This document shows, in pieces, positions 55,763-64,000 of a DNA stretch of 64,000 bases. Location of the stretch: assembly GCA_963796455.1 (NCBI GenBank), contig CAWCLO010000001.1, positions 960,001 through 1,024,000 on the forward strand, read 5' to 3'. This stretch comes from Candidatus Sulfomarinibacteraceae bacterium (GTDB taxonomy: Bacteria; Acidobacteriota; Thermoanaerobaculia; Thermoanaerobaculales; Sulfomarinibacteraceae). The stretch's first letter is position 1. The number at the start of each line of letters is the position of its first letter. Below the pieces are notes generated by a model. That model ran no database searches. It was not told where the DNA came from and saw only the letters and a list, made by a program, of their open reading frames with translations. The position numbers and the translations under genes are program-made.

Positions 55763-58127
55763 TCATTTCGATTCTGACTGGATCCGGCGCCCCGTCTCGA
55801 CCGCATCCGCGGCTTCGGAGGCGCGGCCAGTTCGATTGAGAATGTCCGCCAACACGTAGTAACCCAGGGGTCCTTCCGATAGATCCGGATCCTTTTCGAT
55901 CCCCAGGCGAACGAGCTCTTCGGCCCTCACGAGATCCCCACCCCGGTCCATCAACAACTTGGAGAGATAGTAGTAGCCCTGGACAAAACGCGGGTTGGAT
56001 TCGATCGACGCTCGCCACAGCTCCTCTTGCCGGTCGGCCTGCCCAAGGTATCCAAAGAGGCGCCCGAGATTGAACTGGGCCTCGTGGTATTTCGGAGCCA
56101 GCTCGATCGCCTTCTCATAGTGTGCAATGGCCGGCTCCGCCTCGCCCCGTTCTTCGTAGAGGACCGCGAGATTGAAATGGGGCAATGCAAAATCGTCGCG
56201 CTCGTCGACCGCCTGGTTGAAAAGCTTCATCGCCTCGTCGGGCCGACCCTGCTCAGCCCTCACCTCACCGAGTTTGTTGAAAATCAGTCCAGGGGCCTCC
56301 GTCGTCGCCGTCGCCTCGTCGAGGGCGGAGGCGGCCGCATCGAGATTGCCCAGTCCGACCTCGATATCGGCGATGGCGAGGGTCGCCCTGGTATCGGCAC
56401 CCGAAACCTCGAGCACCCTCCGGAAGCCGACGAGAGCCTCGTCCATCTGTCCGAGGGCCCGGTAGGACGAGGCCATGCCCATCAACGAGTTTGTGTGGCC
56501 GGGATCCAGCTCGAGCGCCCGTCGGAAATGCTCCAGGGCCTCCTCAAATCGCTGCTTGCCGGCAACGAGTTGACCCAACATCTGATGGGCATCGAGGATC
56601 CCCGAGTCTTCCTGAGCACCGCGACGAGGGTCTTCTCCGCTGCATCCTGATCGCTGCCCATCTCGGTCTGAGCCCTCATGATCGTCCGGTGGAGACCGAT
56701 CTTGTCCTTGGGGTCGGCACGCGGTTGATCGCCTTCGTCCTCCAGATCCACGCCACCCTGCCCGGCAACATATCCCAGGGCCTGGAGCTGGGCCAGGGTC
56801 TGCGCGTCGAGGTCGGGCTCGCCTCCGCCAGAAGGCGGCGCGGTTTCGATCTGCTCTCGCAGTTCTGCCAACCGGGCTTCGAGATCTTCCACCGCGGCCG
56901 GTTGTTCGAGAGATAAGTCATGTTTTTCACGAGGGTCATTTTCGATGTCGAACATTTCCCGACGCGGGGCACTGATCAGCTTTCGGTCATCGGTCCTAAG
57001 AGCCCGCAACGGCGCCCATCCGTAGTGCAGCAGCGGGTAGAGCGATTCGGAGTAGACACCCCGATCCAGCACCGATTCCTCACCCCTGATCATCGGCAAC
57101 AGGCTGTGACCGTGAACCCGTTCGGCGCCGCGACCACCGTGTCGAGAACCGTCGGAAAAATATCAACGTGACTCACAACCTCGTCAACCACTTTCGCCTC
57201 ACTGGCCCCCCCCGGTGGACGCATGATCAGGGCGACGTGGATCGTCGAATCGTAGACAAAGAACCCGTGCGAATTCTCTCCGTGATCACCAAGGCCTTCG
57301 CCGTGGTCGGCGGTAAGGATGACCAACGAGTCTTGCAGCAATTCGCGTTTCTCCAGCGCCCTGCGAAACTCGCCGATGAGCGAATCGGTGTAGGCGACCT
57401 CTCCTTCATACGGTCGGTCACGATACATCGAAGCGTAGGGCTCGGGCGGTGAATATGGATCGTGCGGGTCGTAGAGATGGAGCCAGAGAAAAAATGGTGA
57501 TTCGTCACTTCGCCCGTCGAGCCAACTGATGGCCTCCGCAACGGTTTCGTCGCCGCGGCGCTGCACGGAGCTGAGATTCGGAGTGTCGAAATCTGCCAGA
57601 TTGAAGTCGTCGAAATAGTGCTCGAAACCCCTGCCGATGCCCCAACGCCGATCGAGTACAAATGCGCTGACAAAACCCGCCGTGCTCCACCCGTTGTCGG
57701 AGAGGACCTCGGCCAGAGTCGGGATGCCCTCATCGAGGGTGTATCCAACATTCTCGCGAACTCCGTGGCCTGGCGGATACAGCCCGGTGAGTATGGACGA
57801 GTGGGCCGGCAGGGTGTAGGCAACCGTACTGGCGGCATTTGAAAAGAGCACGCCGTCGGACGCAAAACTGTCGATGTTGGGGGTGTCGACGCGGTTGGAT
57901 CCATAGCTCGAGACCCGGTCGGTTCGAAGAGTGTCGAGAGTGATGAGAATGATATTCGGCCGTGTCGAGTCATCTCCGCCGACTCGAGCCAGTTCGGGAG
58001 CCTCGGTCGCCGGCTCCTGATCCGGCGCGCCATCGCGGCCGCAGCCGGCCGTCGAGGCGGCGATCAACAGTGCGATGACCGGAAGCCCCCAGCCGCGGAT
58101 TTTTCTCCGCTCGAGAATATTTCTCAC
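55763..58127 (-). CDS. Sulfatase-like hydrolase with C-terminal TPRs, split by two frameshifts
   Basis: PNIILITLDTLR, TLPAHSSILTG, YDPHDPY and ADHGE motifs; continues across shifts near 57120 and 56612 into LQALGY, DPKD and TPRs. Confidence 0.8.
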
Positions 58128-58194
58128 ACCAACCCTCCCGCGACTCGAATCTCTTTTTGCATTCTAATGCTTCGAATCGGGGTGCGCCTCAGGA

Positions 58195-58977
58195 TCAGGT
58201 GCGCAACACGGCTTCTCGCAAAATGAAGTCCAGATCGGCCCTCTCGTTGCCGACCGGGCAGGCATTCTCACATTTTCGGCAGTAAACGATGACCTTGCAC
58301 GACTCTTCGATACCCATGACCGGACCTTCGAATCTTTCCACGTCGGCATCGTTCTGATCCATCTCCTGCTTGCACAAGGCCTGTTCGTAGGAGCCGCTCT
58401 TGAATGCCCCCCTCGGACACGCCGCATGGCACGGCATGTCGCACCCCTTGCACGGGTCAAAACCGGTCATCGGTCCGGTCGCCTCGAGATCGGCTTCCAT
58501 GAAAATTCCCCGCAGCCTATGATCCGAACCGAACTCCGGTGTGACCAGAAGGTTGTGTTTACCGATCACCCCGAGACCCGCCAACACAGCCGAATCCTTC
58601 AAAAAGGTGCCTCCGAACTCGATCTGATAGGGCAACGAAAGCGCATTGATCCCGAGTTCCTCGCCCAGCCAGATCCGCATCCGCCGCGATTGCTTTCTCA
58701 GAACCCGGTTTCCCGGGGTGAAACCCGGGACCTTGAAGCTCCACCAATCCAGCACCGGTTCCGACGGCGGGTGAGCCAGAGCCCACACCAACACCGATTT
58801 GTACTCCGGTTTCCACTCGACGCCCTTGTAATCGTCGTAGTAAGGGTTCTGATCGTAGATTTCGAAGGATCTGGATTTCTTCAGATCCTCGACCCGCGCG
58901 ATGCCCGCCAGGGAGGCACCAGAATCCATTGCCTTCTCGACGATCGTCTCTTCAATCGTCTTGCCGTTTGAGTTCAT
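58195..58977 (-). CDS. QueG/epoxyqueuosine-reductase-like Fe-S protein
   Basis: AVLAGLGVIGKHNLLVTPEFGS; CKGCDMPCHAACP and CRKCENACPVG motifs. Confidence 0.75.
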   Translation of the reverse strand: MNSNGKTIEETIVEKAMDSGASLAGIARVEDLKKSRSFEIYDQNPYYDDYKGVEWKPEYKSVLVWALAHPPSEPVLDWWSFKVPGFTPGNRVLRKQSRRMRIWLGEELGINALSLPYQIEFGGTFLKDSAVLAGLGVIGKHNLLVTPEFGSDHRLRGIFMEADLEATGPMTGFDPCKGCDMPCHAACPRGAFKSGSYEQALCKQEMDQNDADVERFEGPVMGIEESCKVIVYCRKCENACPVGNERADLDFILREAVLRT

Positions 58978-59837
58978 ACCAAGACGTCCTTTCGCTCACG
59001 CAACCGGGTGAGCATCTCCACCCGCCATTTTTCGGTGCTCTTGATCTGGTTGAACGAATAGAAATGAACCCCTTCGATCCTGCACGGCGGCGTGTCGAAA
59101 TGAGGGGCCAAGGAGAGGAGGAGTTCGTCCGGGCTATACCCGCCCGGCACCATCATCCGGCCGACCAGACCGAGATTTGATTTGAGGAATCGTGCCGATT
59201 GCCCAACTCCGATCTTCAAAGCGATTTGCAGGAGCCTGGCTCGTTCGGCCACACCTGGGACGCCGAGATGGACGGGTAGATCGACTCCCTCGGCGCGGAC
59301 GCCACGCAACCAGTTCACGATCACCTCGGGGTCAAAACACATCTGGGTGACCATGTACATGGCGAAACGCTGTTTCTCGCGGAGGAACTGCAGCAGGGTC
59401 GAATCGTCGATCAGGGGGTGTCCCTCAGGGTAGGCGCCGATACCGATGATCTCGACACTGTGATCGAGGGACGACATGTGTTCCAGAATCTGGAGTGAGG
59501 AATCGAATTTTCCAGCCGGCTTCTCGGCGTCACCGCCGACAACAAAGATCCGGTGGACACCGAAACCTTCGAGCCGGTTGAGAATCAAGCGCAGGTGGTC
59601 TTCATCGCGGACCATTCGGGCGGCGATGTGCGGTATCAGAACGAAACCGTGATCTTTCAGCAACTCAGTCAGTTCGAGGGTTGCAGAGATCCCCTTGTCG
59701 GGCGAACAGGTGATGGCCACATCGGACCCCGGCGGGATGTCCGCCACCTTTTTTTCCACCCCTTTGAGCGGAATGATCTCGAAGCACGGGTCCTGCAACC
59801 GTTTCCGTAACGCGCTGAATCCATTATTGTTGTTCAT
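58974..59837 (-). CDS. Methylenetetrahydrofolate reductase-like flavoprotein
   Basis: PHIAAR, VVGGD, AYPEGHP, VTQMCFD and HFYSFN motifs. Confidence 0.85.
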   Translation of the reverse strand: MNNNNGFSALRKRLQDPCFEIIPLKGVEKKVADIPPGSDVAITCSPDKGISATLELTELLKDHGFVLIPHIAARMVRDEDHLRLILNRLEGFGVHRIFVVGGDAEKPAGKFDSSLQILEHMSSLDHSVEIIGIGAYPEGHPLIDDSTLLQFLREKQRFAMYMVTQMCFDPEVIVNWLRGVRAEGVDLPVHLGVPGVAERARLLQIALKIGVGQSARFLKSNLGLVGRMMVPGGYSPDELLLSLAPHFDTPPCRIEGVHFYSFNQIKSTEKWRVEMLTRLRERKDVLV

Positions 59838-59852
59838 TCAGACTCCGACTGC

Positions 59853-60635
59853 CTAACGGCCCTTCCATTCCGGCTCTCTCTTGTCGACAAAGGCCTTGGC
59901 GCCTTCCTGAGCGTCTTCGCTTGCCAGCATTCGCATGAAAGCCGGCCAGGTCTTCGACCGCAGCGCGGCGTAGCTCTCCTCGAAAGTGAGCTTCTCCGTC
60001 ATCAGAGCCGCTTCCTTGATCGCGGCCAGCGAAAGCGGCGCCGCACGCAGGAGATCCCGCGCCAGATCACGAGCCCTCTCCATCAGATGATCGGCTGGTG
60101 CGACTTCGTTGACCAGACCCAGGGACGCCAACTCCCTGGCGGGGAAGGACCTGCCCGACATGAGGATTTCGAAGGCCTTCTGACGGGGCAGCAACTTCGG
60201 CAACATGAAGGTACCGACGTCGGGCGCGATTCCGATCCGGGCCTCCGGCAACATGAACTCAGCGTGCTCGGCAGCGACAACAAAATCCGCACGAAGCAGC
60301 ATTTCAAACCCGGCGCCGACGGCCATTCCGTTAACCGCACAGATCACCGGTTTGAGAAGATCCGTCATCTCCGGAAAACCGCCAAATCCGCCCTCACCAA
60401 AGTCTCCGAGGTATTCCTCGCCCTCTGCCACGGCATTCAGATCCCATCCGCCCGAGAAGAACTTTTCTCCCGCCCCGGTGAGGATCGCGACCCGCAGATC
60501 CGGATCATCGCGGAAGCCCGCAAAGACTTCGCCCAGCTCCCGGCTGGCGGGAGCGTCGAGCGCATTGGCCTTCGGTCGATCCAATACGATTTCGAGAATC
60601 TGACCGTTACGATTGATCTCGAGGAAATCACTCAT
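59853..60635 (-). CDS. caiD: Crotonase-family enzyme, carnitinyl-CoA dehydratase-like
   Basis: LDRPKANA...FRDDPDLRVAILTGAGEKFFSGGWDL...DFGEGGFGG closely follows the CaiD pattern. Confidence 0.7.
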   Translation of the reverse strand: MSDFLEINRNGQILEIVLDRPKANALDAPASRELGEVFAGFRDDPDLRVAILTGAGEKFFSGGWDLNAVAEGEEYLGDFGEGGFGGFPEMTDLLKPVICAVNGMAVGAGFEMLLRADFVVAAEHAEFMLPEARIGIAPDVGTFMLPKLLPRQKAFEILMSGRSFPARELASLGLVNEVAPADHLMERARDLARDLLRAAPLSLAAIKEAALMTEKLTFEESYAALRSKTWPAFMRMLASEDAQEGAKAFVDKREPEWKGR

Positions 60636-62685
60636 TGTTTGAGCCCCTCAGGCTGATCAGGGCATCCGCAGCGATCACTCCACGCCCTTCAGCCAGAACC
60701 ATCAGCGGATTGATATCCAGTTCTGAGATAGTTTCGGGTTGATTCGCCACAAAAGTTCCAAGCGTCAGAATCGCCGAGACGGCGGAACTCAGATCACCCG
60801 GCGGCTTTCCTCGGAAGCCCTCAAGGAGGGGGGCGCACTTCAGCCCAACCACCGCGCTCTCTACTCTCTCTCTGGTTGTCGGCAGCAGGAGTGACACGCT
60901 GTCCTTCATCATTTCGACAAGGATTCCGCCACCTCCGACGACAAGGTATGGACCGAACTGCTGATCCCGCGCCACACCCACAATCAACTCGGCGACGGCA
61001 TCGTCGACCATCTCTTCGATCAGGAAAGAGTCGGAAAGGTGAGACATCTCGCTCACTGCGGCGAGAACCGCTTCTGTGCTTCCGAGATTCAACCTGACGC
61101 CCCCGACATCGGTTTTGTGCGCGACGCCCAATGCCTTGACCACAACCGGGAAACCCAGCATCTCTGCCGCGGCGACCGCCTCTGAAGCACCACGAACGAC
61201 TCTCGAGCCGGGACGGGGATTCCCATCTCCCGGAGGACGGATTTTGAATCGACTTCGTCGAGGACGCGGGCCGAGCCGTCCTCCTGCCCAGCCAGGTTCC
61301 GCAACAAGGGCGGAGCGGCCTGCATTTTCCATGCGGCGCCGATATCGATTGCAGCCTGTATACCCTCGAGCCCGGCATCGATACCGGCAAGGGGCGCGAC
61401 GCCCTCGGCAATCAGTCGCTCCGCCACCGCTTCCGAAATGGTGTCAGAGAAGGTCGCCAGGATGGCGCCCTTGGTGCCGGTGTCGTGAACCGCCCGCACA
61501 AAACCCTTCTCCGCACCACCCCAGGTCGACTGATCACACAGATCCTCCCGTGGATAGTCGAGCAAACACAAGGAGAGATCGAAGCCTTTGGATATGAATG
61601 GGGTGAAGGTTGCGGCCAACCGGTCCTCGTTGTCCCAGTCGAACATCTGGTAGTCGAGGGGATTGGCGGCCACCATACGTTCGTGGACCACCGCTCGAAG
61701 ACGTTTTGTCACCTCATCCGACAATGGAGGCATGGTCAGTCTCGAGCCCGCCATCGAGTCGGCAAGCAGTGTGAGATCACCACCCGATGTGCTCATGGCG
61801 GCCACCCGACCTCCGTCGATTGGGCCGAGCACGTGCAGTACCTTGAGGGCTTCGACGAGGGTTTCCAGGGAGTCGACGCGCGCCACACCGAGGCGGTCGA
61901 AGAGGTCATTGATCAGCGTATCAGAGCCGGCAAGCGAGGCTGTGTGCGACACGACGATCTTCTGAGCGACGTCGGAGCGACCGGTTTTTATGGCAACGAC
62001 CGGCTTGCCCAGCTGACGAGCCACATTGACCGCGATCTCGAAGGCCACCGGATCGGACATCGCTTCGAGGTAGAGCCCCAGCGCCGTGACCCGCTCCTGT
62101 CGCGCAAACATGAGGATCGCATCTTCGAGTTTGAATTTCAGCTGGTTCCCGAGGGACATCATGTATGCGATCGGCAAACCTCGCCGCTGCATCGAGAGAT
62201 TGAAGGCCACGTTTGACGACATCGAAACGATTGCCACGCCCGTTTCAACCCGCCGGCCGCCTTGCTGGTCAGGCCAGAGCATCGCTCCATCGACGTAATT
62301 GAGCAGCCCGTAACAATTCGGGCCCACCAGGGGCATTTCACCCGCGGCGTCCAGGAGTTGTTTTTCGAGCTCTGAGCCTTCCTCGCCGGCCTCGGTAAAA
62401 CCGGTGGCATAACAGATCGCTCCACCAGCGTCCCGCGTCGCAAGACCCCTGACGATGTCGATGGTGAGATTCCGGTTGACGCCGACATAGGCCGCATCCG
62501 GGCTTCCCGGGAGATCTTCGACCGTTCGATAGACCCTACGGCCCAGGACGTTTTCCTTTTTTGGGTGGACCGGCCAGATCTCGCCTCCGTAACCCATCCG
62601 GTCGCATTGGCGCAACGAGCTCCTCAGCAACTCCCCCACCAAAAACCGCGATCGACTTGGGCCGCAACAAGCGCTCGAAGGACAT
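60628..62685 (-). CDS. NDP-forming acyl-CoA synthetase (acetate-CoA ligase family, fused CoA-binding + ATP-grasp), two frameshifts
   Basis: MSFERLLRPKSIAVFGG, GPNCYG, SHTASLAG, HKTDVGGV and LDINPL motifs; shifts near 62613 and 61210. Confidence 0.82.
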
Positions 62686-62708
62686 CTTTTCTCCCTCGGA
62701 ATCGACCT

Positions 62709-63684
62709 TCACTGCGACATTCCTCGCAGCTTCTCATTGATGATGGTCTCGGCGTCCGAGACAATTCGAGAAACCAGTTCCGCCACGGTCGGGATGTCAT
62801 AAACCAGACCTGCCGAAGCTCCGGCCCACCAGATCCCGTGTTCCAGATCACCGGTTTCGAGCACAACGGCACCGCGTTCTCCAGCTACCAATTCCTCGAC
62901 ATCAGCAAACTCGGTCCCGGTGCGTTTTTCGATCTCGGCGACCTCGAGTGCGACCGAATTCTTGAATACTCGGGCGGTATTTCTGAATTTTCGAAAAATG
63001 AGCTGGGTATCGAGTTCGCTGGCCTCAACCAGTTTCTGCTTCAGATTGTCATGCACCGGCGCCTCTTTGGTCGCCACGAAACGGGTCCCCATGCTGATGC
63101 CCACCGCTCCCATCGCCAGAGCGGCAACCAGGCCGCGGCCATCGCTGAATCCCCCGCACGCGATCACCGGCACATCCAGCTCATCGACCGCTCGCGGCAG
63201 CAGGACCAGAGATCCGATATCGTCCTCGCCGGGATGGCCCGCCGCTTCAAAACCGTCGATCGAGACTGCGGCGCACCCGACCTTCTGCGCCTTGAGCGCG
63301 TGTTTGATGGCGGTGCACTTGTGGATGACCTTGATCCCTGCGGCGTCAAAGCCGGACATGAACGGTTCAGGACTGTGACCCGCCGTCTCCACAACCTTGA
63401 TTCCAGAGTCAACGATGACCGCCGCAATTTTTTCGTATGGAGGCGGCGTGCGGCTCGGGAGGATTGTCACATTGACCCCAAAGGGGCGGTCGGTCATCGA
63501 GCGGGTTCGTTCGATCTCCTCGGCCAGGGCCTCCGGCGTCGGCTGCGTCAGTGCGGTCAGAAACCCGAGTGCTCCCGCATTGGCCACGGCAGAAACAAGC
63601 TCGGCCGTCGAGACGCGCTGCATTCCCCCCCTGTACAACGGGGTGCTCGATACCCAGCATCTCGGTGAGCGGTGTCTTCAGCAT
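62709..63684 (-). CDS. Nitronate monooxygenase/FabK-like flavoenzyme, frameshift at G7 run near 63628
   Basis: MLKTPLTEMLGIEHPVVQGG joins MQRVS...PFGVN...DGFEAAGHPG...MGTRF if one G is removed. Confidence 0.85.
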
Positions 63685-63709
63685 CTGGACTCCCTGTTCC
63701 ACGAATCGG

Positions 63710-64000
63710 TCATGGTGATTCCCCGGCGTCATCCTCCTTGAGCCATCTGAGGAGTGACCACACACTCAAAGCAATGACAAAAATCAGCGGCAGGGCAACG
63801 ATCAACGAGGCGGTCTGGAGTGGTTTCAAGCCTCCGAGATACATCAGGGCGACCGCCATCCCACCGAGCGCCAGCGCCCAAAAGAGCCGGTTCCACCGCA
63901 GGGGCTCCGATTCGCCCGCCACCATCTCCTTCGAAGCGACGGATGCGATCGTGTAGGCCGAGGCCTGGAGAGTGGTCGCCGAGTAGATAAAGGCCATTGC
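63710..64000 (-). CDS. BCCT-family (betaine/carnitine/choline) transporter, C-terminal part
   Basis: ATTL..SAY...RLFWAL...GGLKPLQTASLIVALP, typical of the BCCT C-terminus. Confidence 0.75.
   Translation of the reverse strand, partial: AMAFIYSATTLQASAYTIASVASKEMVAGESEPLRWNRLFWALALGGMAVALMYLGGLKPLQTASLIVALPLIFVIALSVWSLLRWLKEDDAGESP

Noticed and set aside
54882..63684. Programmed frameshifting or phase variation
   Set aside because: The indels hit unrelated enzymes, go in both directions and lack slippery-site context; error or decay is simpler.
1..64000. tRNA, rRNA, riboswitch, IS transposase or integrase
   Set aside because: None recognised by eye; a tRNAscan/Rfam search would be needed to exclude small RNAs formally.

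Overview
GC-rich bacterial chromosomal window. Gene content (Ser/Thr kinase with TolB-like propeller, DUF4388 protein, sulfatase-TPR, M14 peptidase) resembles Acidobacteriota, but taxonomy cannot be confirmed from sequence alone. It holds about 52 mostly housekeeping or metabolic CDSs: an FHA-GAF-PP2C phosphatase/kinase pair, c-di-GMP signalling genes, rpmG (missed by the ORF track), ABC-F, rsmB-fmt, a radical SAM fusion with a PTPS-family gene, mutY, ECF sigma/NrsF, hemH, mccAB-like genes, a MacAB-like exporter, ggt, nifU-nifS, and a probable carnitine/betaine catabolic cluster at the right end. I saw no tRNA, rRNA, CRISPR array, transposase or reverse transcriptase. The most unusual signal is intergenic. 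More than a dozen gaps carry short tandem-repeat (STR, mostly 7- and 8-mer) arms, often inverted, with nested shared modules. One locus holds an intact four-helix-bundle (23S-IVP/Avd-like) gene between inverted GGGGCTAT arms. Five other loci hold internally deleted remnants of a second four-helix-bundle gene (C-terminus AMNAFDQVRAMTWRLLNP) inside a conserved L/R frame. These remnants differ mostly at synonymous positions, show microhomology deletion junctions, include one flipped copy, and sit beside heptamer arrays. This suggests a transposase-less, STR-bounded mobile cassette family (inference). The last 10 kb contains several single-base indels, most likely assembly errors.
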